From assembly GCA_050948665.1 (NCBI GenBank), contig JBMNEH010000001.1, positions 1,807,953 to 1,871,952 of the forward strand: a DNA stretch of 64,000 bases, in the 5' to 3' direction. Every line of letters starts with the position of its first letter. Position 1 is the stretch's first letter. Shown here one piece after another: positions 10,081 through 20,543 of this stretch. The DNA comes from Christensenellales bacterium (GTDB lineage Bacteria; Bacillota; Clostridia; Christensenellales; UMGS416). The position numbers and the translations under genes were made by a program. The notes under the pieces were generated by a model. That model searched no databases and was not told the origin of the DNA. It saw only the letters and a list, made by a program, of their open reading frames with translations.

Positions 10081-10359
10081 GATACGCCGGTCCCCTGCGG
10101 TTCATTACAAGCCAAACCTTATTTGCAGCGGATGTATAATTTTATTATAACCGAAAACCATGTATCGAATAATGTACTTGCTTTCATGCTTTATGAAAAA
10201 ACATCCGCGCTCTTGATCTCTCCGTGTATAAAGTCCCCACAAATGTGCACGGTTATTGGATAGGGATACTCTGCGCTGACCCTTTTAGCAGCAGATGTCC
10301 GGCTGTACAAAAGTCAGGTTCGAAATCCGCATGCGTATCTAACCGGACCCGCGGCATAC
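10081..10359 (-). ncRNA. Candidate structured RNA or long leader of unknown family upstream of ridA
   Basis: Own promoter; 5'/3' closing helix and several nested stems found by eye (see findings). Confidence 0.5.
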
Positions 10360-10361
10360 TT

Positions 10362-10389
10362 ATGATAACGTCAAACCTGTACAAGTCAA
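10362..10389 (-). promoter_or_regulatory. SigA-type promoter downstream of the rho terminator
   Basis: TTGACT (10389-10384) - 16 nt - TATCAT (10367-10362). Confidence 0.55.
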
Positions 10390-10446
10390 TAAAAGAGGGA
10401 AAGGTCGTTGTAAACCTCCATATAAAGAACGCTTTCTGCGTCAAGT

Positions 10447-10472
10447 AAAAAAGGCCCTGCGCAGGCAAGGCC
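10447..10472 (-). terminator. Intrinsic terminator of rho
   Basis: GGCCUUGC-CUGC-GCAGGGCC followed by U6. Confidence 0.8.
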
Positions 10473-10485
10473 GTTCGCTCTCCGG

Positions 10486-12345
10486 TCATCCGCGGGTACG
10501 GAAGGAGGGCTTGCTGTCCATCATGGCCAACCAGGAGGAAAGCTTCTCCACAAACTCAGCGTTGCTTGAGGTCTTGCTCATCATATCGATCAACAGTTCG
10601 GTAGAATCCTCTGTATTTCCGGAAAGAAGTTTGCGTATTTGCCACATAGCATTCATCTCCGAGGGGGACAGCAAAACCTCCTCACGCCGCGTACCGGAAC
10701 GGTAAAAATCAATTGCCGGGAATACCCTGCGTTCCTGCAACCTTCTGTCAAGGTGCAGTTCCATATTGCCGGTGGACTTGAACTCCTCATAGATAATATC
10801 ATCCAGTCTGCTTCCGGTGTCTACCAGCGCCGTAGCCAATATGGTTAAACTGCCTCCGTTTTCAATATTTCTTGCCGCACCGAAGAAACGTTTGGGCAGG
10901 TATAGGGCTGCCGGATCCAAACCGCCGGAAAGCAGGCGGCCAGAAGTCGGCACCACCTGATTGTTTGCCCGTGCCAATCGGGTAATGGAATCCATCAGAA
11001 TCACGACATGGCGGTCATGCTCTACCAGACGCTTTGCCCTATCCAGCACCTGTTCCGCAACGCGGCAATGGTTCTCCGGCTGCTCATCAAATGTGGAGTA
11101 AATAACTTCCCCATTAATAGAGCGCTGCATATCCGTAACTTCCTCGGGACGTTCATCGATTAAAAGAACCATTAGCTCGATATCCGGATAATTTGTGGCT
11201 ATAGATCCGGCTATTTTCTTTAAAATCGTGGTTTTACCGGCTTTAGGAGGAGAGACGATCAAGCCGCGCTGACCCCGGCCAACGGGCGCTACCAAATCCA
11301 GCAGACGGATAGCCAGGTCATCCGGCTGATCCGGACGCTCCAGCGTAAGCCTCTCCATCGGGTAGATGGGTGTAAGCTCGTCAAACTGCTTTCTCTTTAC
11401 AACCACTTCCGGAGGATCGCCGTTAATGTCGGTAATATAGAGCATGGCAAGGTATTTCTCCCCACCCTCTTTTTCCGGCCGGGTCACTCCCTTGATATGA
11501 TCGCCGTTGCGTAGGCCGAAGCGCCGAATCTGTGCAATGGAAATATAGCAATCCTTCTGCCCGTGGTGCAGCGCTCTGAGGTAACCGAAGCCGCCCTCCT
11601 GAACTTCAAGAATGCCTTCCGCAATACCGCATCCTCCCTGATCCAACAATTCAGGTACAGCCGGATTCACGCCGGTCACCTGAGATAAATCCTGCTCACG
11701 CAGCATTTCAATCACATCTTCTGCGTTGACCTGAGGCATTTCTTTGACTTTGGGCAATAGAACCGCGTCCCTTGCTGCCTGGGCTGCTTGTTCCGGTGAC
11801 AAATGCGGCATGGTATCGAATGCCGGCTCCTGGATAGAGGAAGCACTGCGCAGCATAGGATCCTCCTTCATGGAACGTCCTTTTTCCTGGGGAGCCGTTG
11901 TGTTGTTTTTAATGATATCGACTGGACGCGCAACATGCTGGGCCTCCGGCCGCAGCACGTTCCTAGCGACAGGTTGGACGCTGCCTGCCTGAGACGATGA
12001 CCGAACATGTGCATACGGTAGCGGCGCCTCCTGTGTCTGCCGAAGTTGCGTTGCCTTCTCCGGAGGAATATAAACAGACTCGCCTTCCTCGGGAGATATG
12101 ATAATGGCGTCCGCTTCGTCGGGGGCAATATAATTCATCTCCTCATCTCCGTCTTCTTTTTGCAGTGATTTCCTCCCCCGTTTACCGGTAGAGAGCAGAG
12201 CATCCAGGTCAACATCCATTCCGGTCCTTTTGATCATGCGTATGATATCTTCTTTGCGCGCGCGCGGAGACAAAGGCAGCCCAATCTGCTCGGCAGCCGC
12301 TTTCAACTGAATACTTGTAAGATCATTCAGCAGCTCATAATCCAT
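10486..12345 (-). CDS. rho: Transcription termination factor Rho with long N-terminal insertion
   Basis: GFGYLR RNA-binding motif, [45 protein letters not shown]. Confidence 0.97.
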   Translation of the reverse strand: MDYELLNDLTSIQLKAAAEQIGLPLSPRARKEDIIRMIKRTGMDVDLDALLSTGKRGRKSLQKEDGDEEMNYIAPDEADAIIISPEEGESVYIPPEKATQLRQTQEAPLPYAHVRSSSQAGSVQPVARNVLRPEAQHVARPVDIIKNNTTAPQEKGRSMKEDPMLRSASSIQEPAFDTMPHLSPEQAAQAARDAVLLPKVKEMPQVNAEDVIEMLREQDLSQVTGVNPAVPELLDQGGCGIAEGILEVQEGGFGYLRALHHGQKDCYISIAQIRRFGLRNGDHIKGVTRPEKEGGEKYLAMLYITDINGDPPEVVVKRKQFDELTPIYPMERLTLERPDQPDDLAIRLLDLVAPVGRGQRGLIVSPPKAGKTTILKKIAGSIATNYPDIELMVLLIDERPEEVTDMQRSINGEVIYSTFDEQPENHCRVAEQVLDRAKRLVEHDRHVVILMDSITRLARANNQVVPTSGRLLSGGLDPAALYLPKRFFGAARNIENGGSLTILATALVDTGSRLDDIIYEEFKSTGNMELHLDRRLQERRVFPAIDFYRSGTRREEVLLSPSEMNAMWQIRKLLSGNTEDSTELLIDMMSKTSSNAEFVEKLSSWLAMMDSKPSFRTRG

Positions 12346-12435
12346 AGAAACTCCTTTGAGAATATAATCCGCGAAACAAAATAAAAACCGTTACCGAAGC
12401 ATTGTATAGCATAGGCGCACAAAAGCATATGTCAT

Positions 12436-12464
12436 ATTATAACCGCAAGGATTTCCCGGGTCAA
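12436..12464 (-). promoter_or_regulatory. SigA-type promoter of rho
   Basis: TTGACC - 17 nt - TATAAT. Confidence 0.75.
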
Positions 12465-12486
12465 GCGATTTATCGTTTAAAATCGT

Positions 12487-12528
12487 TAGAATTCACAACT
12501 TTACACCGGTAGAATTCACAATTTCACA
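12487..12528. repeat. Tandem direct repeat TAGAATTCACAA(n)TT.ACA, probable regulator site
   Basis: Exact 12-mer at 12487 and 12510 in the divergent rho / nfeD intergenic region. Confidence 0.6.
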
Positions 12529-12686
12529 TATTATACATCCCTGTGTCATATTGCGGTTTACAACATACTTTCCTTTTGCCGATCAATCACCGAACCCCGG
12601 AATATGCAAGGCGAATATCATCTCTATGTTAAATGTTGAATAAGGTGTGCAAAAATGTTATAATCGTAATGAACGGAGGTGACTGC

Positions 12687-13190
12687 ATGGACAATATTCT
12701 CTTTCTTTTTCGGATGGGATGGCCCGCTTTCATCTGCCTTATTGCCGGACTGATACTGCTCATTGTAGAAATGGCAACCCCCGGTTTTGCGTTGCCGGGG
12801 ATAATGGGGGTGATCCTGCTTGGGATATCGGTTTTCCTGGCAGCGGAAAATCTGACCCAGGCGTTGGTGATGATTTTGCTGCTGCTGCTGGTACTGGGGA
12901 TACTCGCCGTCATGATCATGCGTTCCGCGCTAAAAGGGAAGCTCTCCCGCAGCGCATTGATACAGAGGCGCACTTCTGCCAAAGAGGAGGGGTACATCAC
13001 CAATCCGGATATGTCTGCGCTGGAAGGACGACAAGGCATCACAAGGACTGTACTTCGTCCGGCGGGTGTTGTGGAAATAGACGGAAAACGGATCGATGTA
13101 GTCACAGAGGGAGAGTTTATAGAGGCGAATATGCCCATAGTGGTTTCCCGCGTAGAGGGGATAAGGGTTATCGTGAAGCCGGATACATAA
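12687..13190 (+). CDS. NfeD-family membrane protein (short form)
   Basis: VEMATPGFALPG TM region and TVLRPAG…IDVVTEG OB-fold; GGAGGTG RBS; upstream of floA. Confidence 0.88.
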   Translation: MDNILFLFRMGWPAFICLIAGLILLIVEMATPGFALPGIMGVILLGISVFLAAENLTQALVMILLLLLVLGILAVMIMRSALKGKLSRSALIQRRTSAKEEGYITNPDMSALEGRQGITRTVLRPAGVVEIDGKRIDVVTEGEFIEANMPIVVSRVEGIRVIVKPDT

Positions 13191-13238
13191 GCGGGCAATA
13201 CAGTGATAGGTATGACAGTAATAGATATGGAGGTTAAC

Positions 13239-14255
13239 ATGAATCCGAGCGTTATCATTGCACTGAATCCTTTTGTTGCGGTGCTGCTGATTATCGTTGC
13301 CATCGTGGTGTTCCTGATTATTTTTTTAAGCCTTGTGCCAATGGGGTTGTGGATCAGTGCCACTGCTTCCGGGGTCAGAGTACGTATCAGCCAGTTAATC
13401 GGTATGAAACTGCGGCGTATTATTCCCCGCAGAATTATCGTACCACTCATAAAAGCAACCAAAGCGGGGCTGGAGGTAGACTTGGACAGGTTGGAGGCCC
13501 ACCATATGGCGGGGGGTAACGTGGATAGGGTGATCAATGCCCTGATTGCTTCTCAGCGCGCCGGCATCGGGCTGAGCTTTGAACGGGCCTGCGCGATCGA
13601 TTTAGCTGGCCGGGACGTTTTGGATGCTGTACAAATGTCTGTCAGGCCCAGGGTCATTGAAACACCGGTGGTAGCTGCGATTGCCAAGGACGGCATTGAG
13701 CTTAGGGCAAAAGCCAGAGTCACCGTCCGCACCAATATCGACCGTCTGGTAGGTGGTGCGGGCGAAGAAACAGTCATTGCCCGTGTTGGCGAGGGTATCG
13801 TTACAACCGTAGGTTCCGCTGATAACCATAAGAGCGTACTGGAAAACCCCGATTTGATCTCCCGTACCGTATTGGACAAAGGTCTGGATGCCGGGACTGC
13901 TTTTGAAATCCTTTCCATCGATATTGCGGATGTTGATGTAGGACGCAATATCGGCGCGCAGCTGCAGATGGATCAAGCTGAAGCAGACCGCCGTATCGCG
14001 CAGGCTAAAGCGGAGGAGCGCCGGGCAATGGCCGTCGCCCAAGAACAGGAAATGCTGGCCCTTAAGCAGGAAATGCACGCGCGTGTGGTGGAAGCCGAAT
14101 CCGAAATCCCCTTGGCGATTGCCGAAGCCTTCCGCAGCGGCAATCTGGGCGTCATGGATTACTACAATTTGCAGAATATCCGATCGGATACCGGAATGCG
14201 AAATGCTATCGCGGGCATGGGCACGCCGGATAATAAGCAAACCCCCAATTCTTGA
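13239..14255 (+). CDS. floA: Flotillin-like protein FloA (YqfA/SPFH)
   Basis: [55 protein letters not shown]. Confidence 0.95.
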   Translation: MNPSVIIALNPFVAVLLIIVAIVVFLIIFLSLVPMGLWISATASGVRVRISQLIGMKLRRIIPRRIIVPLIKATKAGLEVDLDRLEAHHMAGGNVDRVINALIASQRAGIGLSFERACAIDLAGRDVLDAVQMSVRPRVIETPVVAAIAKDGIELRAKARVTVRTNIDRLVGGAGEETVIARVGEGIVTTVGSADNHKSVLENPDLISRTVLDKGLDAGTAFEILSIDIADVDVGRNIGAQLQMDQAEADRRIAQAKAEERRAMAVAQEQEMLALKQEMHARVVEAESEIPLAIAEAFRSGNLGVMDYYNLQNIRSDTGMRNAIAGMGTPDNKQTPNS

Positions 14256-14281
14256 AATCGATGAATTGAAAGGAGCTGCGG

Positions 14282-14782
14282 ATGGAAATTATCTTTGCCG
14301 TGTTGGTTATCCTATCCATCATGATTTCCGTTTTTTCTTCTTCAAAAAAGAAGACAGCCGCACCCGCTTCCAAGGATTCGGTATCCCGAAAGGATGATGA
14401 GTTCAGCCCGATTCGGTTAGGCGCGCATCCTATCCGTCCTGCACAACCTTCTGTCACTCGGTCTGCACGTCCGGTGCGGTCTGCAGCAGCGACTCCAGCT
14501 CCCCTATCACCTGCGGAAGCACATATGCACTCTGCTGCAAAGCAGCCCAATATAAGGGTGGAAAAGGTGCCTGCAGGTGGCTCCTTGGAGACAGAATATC
14601 TTGCGCAGGGACATATGGAAGGCCGGGATGACATCCGGAATTATCGTTTTGTGTTGGAAGATAAGCCGCATCGGGAGGATAAAGTGTCTCCTATTCGTAT
14701 GGAAAAGGAACAGATATTGCAGGGATTCATCTGGAGTCAAATACTGAATCCCAGGGGCGGTAAAGTAAGAAGAATACATTAA
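14282..14782 (+). CDS. YqfB-like membrane-anchored hypothetical protein
   Basis: N-terminal TM, low-complexity middle, C-terminal QGFIWSQILNP motif typical of the gene after floA. Confidence 0.7.
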   Translation: MEIIFAVLVILSIMISVFSSSKKKTAAPASKDSVSRKDDEFSPIRLGAHPIRPAQPSVTRSARPVRSAAATPAPLSPAEAHMHSAAKQPNIRVEKVPAGGSLETEYLAQGHMEGRDDIRNYRFVLEDKPHREDKVSPIRMEKEQILQGFIWSQILNPRGGKVRRIH

Positions 14783-14793
14783 AGAAAATAAAC

Positions 14794-14823
14794 CGGGCGG
14801 TGCATTTGTCTGCACCGTCCTTT
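14794..14823 (+). terminator. Intrinsic terminator
   Basis: GGGCGGTGCA…TGCACCGTCC-TTT. Confidence 0.65.
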
Positions 14824-14937
14824 AAATTCCTGGTCAATACCAATCGAGAGAGTAGCCAAAGAATCCCGTATCTGGTAGAATCATCCGCGACGTATTACAA
14901 CGGTCGGCAACGGCCGCATGATAGACAGGAGCAGCGT

Positions 14938-15828
14938 ATGCATAAACCAAAATCGAGTCACTTGGGAGGGATTTGCCTTCTCATTCTGGCTGCGGTTATT
15001 TGGGGTGTCTCCTTCGTCGCCCAAAGCGCAGGTATAGAAAAGGTGCAGCCCTTTACTTTTAACGGAATACGTCTGCTTCTGGGAGGGATAGTGCTGCTTC
15101 CCTTTGCCCTGCTGCGGCAGAAACGGTTTCCCGGAGGAAAGCGACTGTGGCTTGGCGGCATATCCTGTGGGGTATTCCTGTTTACCGGGACCTCATTACA
15201 GACATACGGTCTGCTAACCACCTCTGCGGGTAAATCCGGCTTTATCACAGCGCTTTACATTATCCTTGTACCTATGTTCGGCCTGTTTCTCCGGCGGAAA
15301 GTATCGCTGAGGGTTTGGATCGCCGCAGGTATTGCGCTGACTGGAATGGCCCTACTTTGCCTCCGGATGGATTTTTCCATTGCGGCCGGAGATGTTTTGC
15401 TGCTGTTGGGAGCAGTAGCGTTCGCGTTGCATATCTGGGTCATCGAACTGTTTGCGGCAGGGCTGGACGGAGTTGCATTGTCTTGTATACAGTTTTTTAC
15501 CGCCGGAATCCTTTCCGTGATTTGTATGACTATTTGGGACACGCCTCGTTTATCGGACATTCTCTCTGTCTGGTTGCCCATTGCCTATGCCGGAATCCTG
15601 TCCTGCGGAGTCGCTCACACTTTTCAAATTTTGGGGCAGCAGCGGGTCGACCCGGCGTTAGCCAGCTTGATACTCAGCGCGGAAGCCGTATTCGCTTCCC
15701 TCTCAGGTTGGGCATTGCTCGGAGAGGCCCTGACTCTGCGGGAACTTGTTGGCTGCGGCTTGGTGTTTTTTGCCATTTTGATAGCCCAATGGCCAGAAAA
15801 ACGCCTAGACAACACATTTCTCCGTTGA
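14938..15828 (+). CDS. DMT/EamA family transporter
   Basis: AVIWGVSFVAQ, GKSGFITALYIILVP, about 10 TMs; AGGAG RBS before ATG 14938. Confidence 0.92.
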   Translation: MHKPKSSHLGGICLLILAAVIWGVSFVAQSAGIEKVQPFTFNGIRLLLGGIVLLPFALLRQKRFPGGKRLWLGGISCGVFLFTGTSLQTYGLLTTSAGKSGFITALYIILVPMFGLFLRRKVSLRVWIAAGIALTGMALLCLRMDFSIAAGDVLLLLGAVAFALHIWVIELFAAGLDGVALSCIQFFTAGILSVICMTIWDTPRLSDILSVWLPIAYAGILSCGVAHTFQILGQQRVDPALASLILSAEAVFASLSGWALLGEALTLRELVGCGLVFFAILIAQWPEKRLDNTFLR

Positions 15829-15893
15829 TTACTCCCTTTTCTACGGTTGTTTTTTATACAAAATCTCTTATAATAGAATGCGGAGGACGAAAA

Positions 15894-16724
15894 ATGACTT
15901 GGTGGCAGGCTTTGGTATTGGGTGTTGTACAAGGGCTGGGTGAATTCCTTCCTATATCCAGTTCGGGTCACCTAGTGTTTTTTCAGAATCTTTTCGGTAT
16001 CACCGAAGCGCCGCTGCTGTTGGATACGCTGCTCCATGCAGGCACTTTGGTCAGTGTATTCATCCTGCTCTGGCGTGAGTTCCTGTTTTTGTTTAGAAAA
16101 CCTTTTCGTGTGATGCTGTATCTGATCCTTGCGACTCTGCCTGCCGTGGCGGCGCAGCTGCTTTTCGGTGATTTTCTGGAAAGCGCTTTTGACGGCAGTC
16201 TGCTGGGGTGGTCTTTTCTGGCGACTTCCCTGCTGCTGCTTGTAGCCTGGTTGCTGACTGAAAAGAAAACCGCTGCAGATAAGCATGCCTGTCCCGACAA
16301 AAGCAAATCGGATGGCTTGAATCGCATAAAGTGGTATCAGGCGCTGGCTATGGGAACAGCGCAGGCGGTCGCCATACTCCCCGGGGTTTCCCGTTCCGGC
16401 AGTACGCTGTGTACGGGGCTGCTGACCGGTGTAGGCAGAGAAACCGCGGTTCGATTCTCCTTTTTAATGAGCATTCCGGTTATCGGCGGCTCAATCCTCC
16501 TGCAAGCGAAAGAGGTGGTGACCCTCGGTTCCGCAGCGCTGGGCGGGCTCTCCCCCATTTTTCTGGCACTCGGCGTAGTTGCCGCGGCAGTTACCGGACT
16601 ACTGTCAATGTCCTTGATGTTTCGCCTTGTCCGGAAAGGAAAATTGTGGATTTTCGCCCTATACACAGGGGTGCTGGGTATATTTGTTATATTGGATCAG
16701 ACAATCCTGCATTGGGTGTTTTAG
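15894..16724 (+). CDS. uppP: Undecaprenyl-diphosphate phosphatase
   Basis: QGLGEFLPISSSGHL, PGVSRSGST, FSFLMSIP. Confidence 0.95.
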   Translation: MTWWQALVLGVVQGLGEFLPISSSGHLVFFQNLFGITEAPLLLDTLLHAGTLVSVFILLWREFLFLFRKPFRVMLYLILATLPAVAAQLLFGDFLESAFDGSLLGWSFLATSLLLLVAWLLTEKKTAADKHACPDKSKSDGLNRIKWYQALAMGTAQAVAILPGVSRSGSTLCTGLLTGVGRETAVRFSFLMSIPVIGGSILLQAKEVVTLGSAALGGLSPIFLALGVVAAAVTGLLSMSLMFRLVRKGKLWIFALYTGVLGIFVILDQTILHWVF

Positions 16725-16733
16725 GAGGACATC

Positions 16734-17423
16734 ATGGCAATTAAAGCATTATTGGTGGACTATTACGGCATACTGGTACGTGAGGATGATGCAACCATCA
16801 AGGATATCTGCAGAGGTATCTGTGAAAGCTCTCCGATGAGCATCACACAGGCGGATGTGGTGCGGTATTGGTGGGAGCAGACCCTGGCCGCGTACCGCTC
16901 CTCCTTCGACAATACCTATATCCCTCTCAAAGACCTGGAATTTCGTGTACTGGAGAAAACTCTTGCGCAATTTCGTGCAAAAATGGATCCCCAGGATATC
17001 TATACGATGTTACTGCGTTCCCGGCAGAGCCCGGAGGCCTATCCCGACGCCCGATTGTTCCTGATCAATTTGCCTATCCCGGTAACGCTAATGAGTAATG
17101 CGGATCGGGAAGACTTTTCCCTCTCCCTCCGCCGAACACAGCTGAATGCAAAAGACATTTTTTGTTCCCAGGACGCAAAGGCGTATAAGCCGCGAGCGGA
17201 ATTTTACCGTGCCGCCGCACAGGCAATGGGGTATACGCCCGGTGAGATTCTTATTGTTGGTGACAGCCTGATTTATGATATTCAACCTGCTCATCAGGAA
17301 GGATTCCCGACTGCTTGGATCAACCGTGCCGCACGACCCGTGCCGACCGACTGCCCCGCGGACGTAGTATTCAGTTCCCTAGGCCGCCTCCGGAGCGAGA
17401 TGGAGCGCGGCAGCCGTAAATGA
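16734..17423 (+). CDS. HAD-family hydrolase
   Basis: LVDYYGILV, MSNAD, YKP, VGDSLIYDI. Confidence 0.88.
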   Translation: MAIKALLVDYYGILVREDDATIKDICRGICESSPMSITQADVVRYWWEQTLAAYRSSFDNTYIPLKDLEFRVLEKTLAQFRAKMDPQDIYTMLLRSRQSPEAYPDARLFLINLPIPVTLMSNADREDFSLSLRRTQLNAKDIFCSQDAKAYKPRAEFYRAAAQAMGYTPGEILIVGDSLIYDIQPAHQEGFPTAWINRAARPVPTDCPADVVFSSLGRLRSEMERGSRK

Positions 17424-18127
17424 TACCGGAAGGGGACAGCCGTACCGCCAGACTCTTGGGAACCGAAGCAATAACCCGTCTGGCTACCGCGAAAGTCGCG
17501 GTATACGGGCTGGGCGGTGTAGGCAGCTATGCCGTTGAGGCATTGGTGCGAAGCGGTATCGGTAAGTTGACCCTTGTGGATATGGACATCGTTGCTCCAT
17601 CTGACCTGAACCGGCAGCTGCAGGCGCTTGTTTCCACAATTGGGCTGAATAAAGCAGATGTGCTGGCCAAACGGGCGACCGATATCAATCCGTCCTGCCT
17701 TGCCGAGCCCCGTGTCGTTCGATACCTGCCGGGGGATCCGGAGAACACTCTCTTGCCTCGTCCCGATGCCGTGGTGGACGCAATGGACACGGTAAATGCC
17801 AAGCTCGACCTGATAGAACGGTGTATTAAAACGGGAATTCCTATTATCAGCAGCATGGGTACGGGCAACAAACTGGACCCCACTGCCTTTCGGCTGGGGG
17901 ACATCAGCGAGACTGCCGTGTGCCCCCTCGCCCGGGTAATGCGCCGGGAATTGAAGAAGCGAGGCATCCTGCATCTACCAGTGGTTTGGTCGGAGGAACC
18001 GCCGGTTCGGTCTTCTGATGCCTTTCCCGAACATGGCAGGATTCTCCCGGGCAGCGTTTCCTTTGTCCCCGGAGCAGCGGGGCTGGCGCTGGCTTCATGG
18101 GTTGTGAAGACACTGCTGCAAATATAG
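17420..18127 (+). CDS. tcdA: tRNA threonylcarbamoyladenosine dehydratase (ThiF family)
   Basis: GLGGVGS, DLNRQ, SSMGTGNKLDP, CPLARVMR, GSVSFVP. Confidence 0.88.
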   Translation: MIPEGDSRTARLLGTEAITRLATAKVAVYGLGGVGSYAVEALVRSGIGKLTLVDMDIVAPSDLNRQLQALVSTIGLNKADVLAKRATDINPSCLAEPRVVRYLPGDPENTLLPRPDAVVDAMDTVNAKLDLIERCIKTGIPIISSMGTGNKLDPTAFRLGDISETAVCPLARVMRRELKKRGILHLPVVWSEEPPVRSSDAFPEHGRILPGSVSFVPGAAGLALASWVVKTLLQI

Positions 18128-18241
18128 GGGAGCTGTTATGGTTTGCCGGCAAAAGGCAGGCTGACGCCCGACTTTGCCGAATGAATCACCCGAACATAAA
18201 CCTGTATTGCAAATTTAACAAACCAAATATACCGAACAAAC

Positions 18242-18286
18242 AATAAAGACTGCAGCGGAGGATATCCCCTTGTGTGCAGTCTTATT
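18242..18286. terminator. Probable bidirectional terminator
   Basis: AAGACTGCA…TGCAGTCTT inverted repeat between convergent genes. Confidence 0.55.
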
Positions 18287-18316
18287 CTTCATCAATAACA
18301 GTAGTAAAGCTGTTCT

Positions 18317-19027
18317 CTATTCGGGATCCTTTTGATTGAGATGGGTTTCAAAAAGACCCCGTACTTCTGAAATCGGCTCGACATACAATATCCCGTTGCC
18401 GGGAAGATCCAGCCTGAGCTCACTATAGAGATCGTTCACCACTTTATCTTTCAATTCCCTTGGCAAAAGGATGGTTACCAATTCTTTCTCCGGCTCGATT
18501 TCGTTGCCGAACAACACCTCGACAAATTCCGCACCGGTTCCGCGTCCGCGCAGAACCGTTCCCCCTCTTACGCCGGCTTTACGCGCAATGTCCATCACAT
18601 CATCGGACATGCCGCGATCGACGACTACCGTCAGTTTTATAAACATACTATCTCCCTCCATACCTGACACAGTGTTAAAATCACCCTGTTTATCATGAAT
18701 GATCTGGTCTGCAATCATAATCGGTGTCGTATAGATGATTCCATGACCGGGTTTGTGAAGCTGGAGCTCCTCGGTAATGTGTTCCAACACTTCCGCCGCT
18801 CTGCTTTTTTCAATCGGAACATTGATTACGATTCTTTTCTGACTTTTGATCCCCAGCAGGTTCAATATGGCATTATTTACCGTGCCCCTGCCGTTCAAAA
18901 TAACCCCACCTCGGATGTTTTTCTTCCTGGCGATTTGATTGAACTCATTGCATTGATACTCGTTCAATATCAGTGTCATTATTTGAAAAGACTTTTCATT
19001 GACGTTATCCGCAAATGGATTATTCAT
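18317..19027 (-). CDS. Tandem PII-like (GlnB-fold) protein
   Basis: Two repeats: GGVILNGRGT…KPGHGIIY and GGTVLRGRGTG…EPEKE…PGNGILY. Confidence 0.85.
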   Translation of the reverse strand: MNNPFADNVNEKSFQIMTLILNEYQCNEFNQIARKKNIRGGVILNGRGTVNNAILNLLGIKSQKRIVINVPIEKSRAAEVLEHITEELQLHKPGHGIIYTTPIMIADQIIHDKQGDFNTVSGMEGDSMFIKLTVVVDRGMSDDVMDIARKAGVRGGTVLRGRGTGAEFVEVLFGNEIEPEKELVTILLPRELKDKVVNDLYSELRLDLPGNGILYVEPISEVRGLFETHLNQKDPE

Positions 19028-20543
19028 AAATTCCCTCCTTCAGACCGACCCTCTGAGATAGCGGTTTTTTTGTAACTTTGCGTAATTTCGCCTGATATAA
19101 CGCACCAAGCAGTTCGATGGCAATAATAGGCATCATCGCCACGATCGCAATCATACCAAACCCATCCGCCACCACATCCGCTGACGGAACCTGTGCGGCA
19201 ACTCCCTGCACAAAGGCAAGGGAAAAGGTGGCGGTCATCGGCCCTGATGCTACGCCACCGGCATCAAATGCCATGCCCACAAACAAGTCGGGTACAAAAT
19301 AAGCCAAAATCACGGCAAGGCCAAACCCGGGCAGTAAATACATCCATAGCTGAATGCCGGGCACGAGGATCCGCAGGGCGGACATAAAGATGGACACGCC
19401 GACTGCCACGGACAGGAAGAGAAGGACCAGCCTGCGTTTAACAGATCCTCCGGTAACATCCTCAACCTGATGCGTAAGCACATGTACCGCCGGCTCGGCT
19501 AAAACCGTGGTGAGCCCAAGGAGCAAAGCGACAAGGAGAACCGGTATATCTGAGTCCATCGAAGCGAGCTTCATGCCCAACTGAGTGCCCACTTCCATAA
19601 AACCGCCATTCACGCCCAGTAAAAACACAACAAGCCCTACATATGTAAGGACGAGGCCACGAACAATGTCTATGACCTTTCTTCTTCTGTGCTTAAAGAC
19701 AAATACCTGAAATATCACGTACGCGATAATAATCGGCAGCAGTGTCAGGAATGACTCCCATGAAATTTGCAGCAGTTTACTGCCATATATCTTCAAAAGA
19801 CTCGAGCTCGCCACATCAACTTCCGGTAATGTTCCGCTTAATTTGGTTCCGTTGAAGAAGAGCCCGGTAATCAATACTCCCAGAATTGCGCCTGTTGACG
19901 AAATGCCAACCAGCCCGAAGCTGTCGGCTTCCCCTAATGTACGGTCTTTTTTCATAGAGGAAACTCCAGCTGCCAAAGCAAGCATAAAGGGCACTGTGAT
20001 AGCGCCCGTCGTTGCCCCGGAAGCATCAAATGCGATCGCCAGAAAATCCGGAGAGGAAAATATCGAAAGGATGAAAATCAACCCATACGCGCCGGTAAAC
20101 ACATATTTCAACCGAACATTCCTCAGTATGCGCAGCATACCGATCGTCATCATAGCACCCAGACCAATAGAGACCGCAACAGCCATCAGGATGTTATTAA
20201 ACTGACCGGAAGTTACACTGTGGACTTGTTTGGCAAGGATGTGCAAATCCGGTTCTGCGTAGGAAATGAAAAACCCTAAAATTAAACTGACTGTAATAAC
20301 CACTGCGTAACTGTTCGAATGCAACATCGCATTCCCGACGCCATGCCCGATTGGTTCGATCCCTTGATCAACCCCAAACAGGAATACAGTCAGCCCGAGA
20401 ATAACCAGAACTGAGCCTATGAGAAAAGCATACAGCATCATCGGCATCAATGGACATATGGTAAAATGAAGCACCAGAACTATGAATGTAATCGGTAATA
20501 CAGACATCAGTACTTCTTTGAATTTACCTGTTAACTCGTTCAA
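19020..20543 (-). CDS. DUF1538 family membrane protein (two-domain)
   Basis: Duplicated AEP…AFDASGATTG/AFDAGGVASGPMT motifs; TTG start after GAGGTG. Confidence 0.88.
   Translation of the reverse strand: MNELTGKFKEVLMSVLPITFIVLVLHFTICPLMPMMLYAFLIGSVLVILGLTVFLFGVDQGIEPIGHGVGNAMLHSNSYAVVITVSLILGFFISYAEPDLHILAKQVHSVTSGQFNNILMAVAVSIGLGAMMTIGMLRILRNVRLKYVFTGAYGLIFILSIFSSPDFLAIAFDASGATTGAITVPFMLALAAGVSSMKKDRTLGEADSFGLVGISSTGAILGVLITGLFFNGTKLSGTLPEVDVASSSLLKIYGSKLLQISWESFLTLLPIIIAYVIFQVFVFKHRRRKVIDIVRGLVLTYVGLVVFLLGVNGGFMEVGTQLGMKLASMDSDIPVLLVALLLGLTTVLAEPAVHVLTHQVEDVTGGSVKRRLVLLFLSVAVGVSIFMSALRILVPGIQLWMYLLPGFGLAVILAYFVPDLFVGMAFDAGGVASGPMTATFSLAFVQGVAAQVPSADVVADGFGMIAIVAMMPIIAIELLGALYQAKLRKVTKKPLSQRVGLKEGIYE

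Noticed and set aside
10125-10275. THF-riboswitch-like ends (GCAGAGUA … CAUCCGCUGC)
   Set aside because: The conserved internal GCGUUAAGUG/ACGAA core is absent and the spacing is too long; kept only as part of the unassigned RNA
10253-10489. 78-aa ORF after rho as possible rpmE (L31)
   Set aside because: No L31 motifs (IHP, HPFYTG); the ORF runs through the rho terminator and a promoter
12629-13537. 302-aa minus-strand ORF and other long antisense ORFs
   Set aside because: Overlap well-supported genes on the opposite strand and have shadow-like composition
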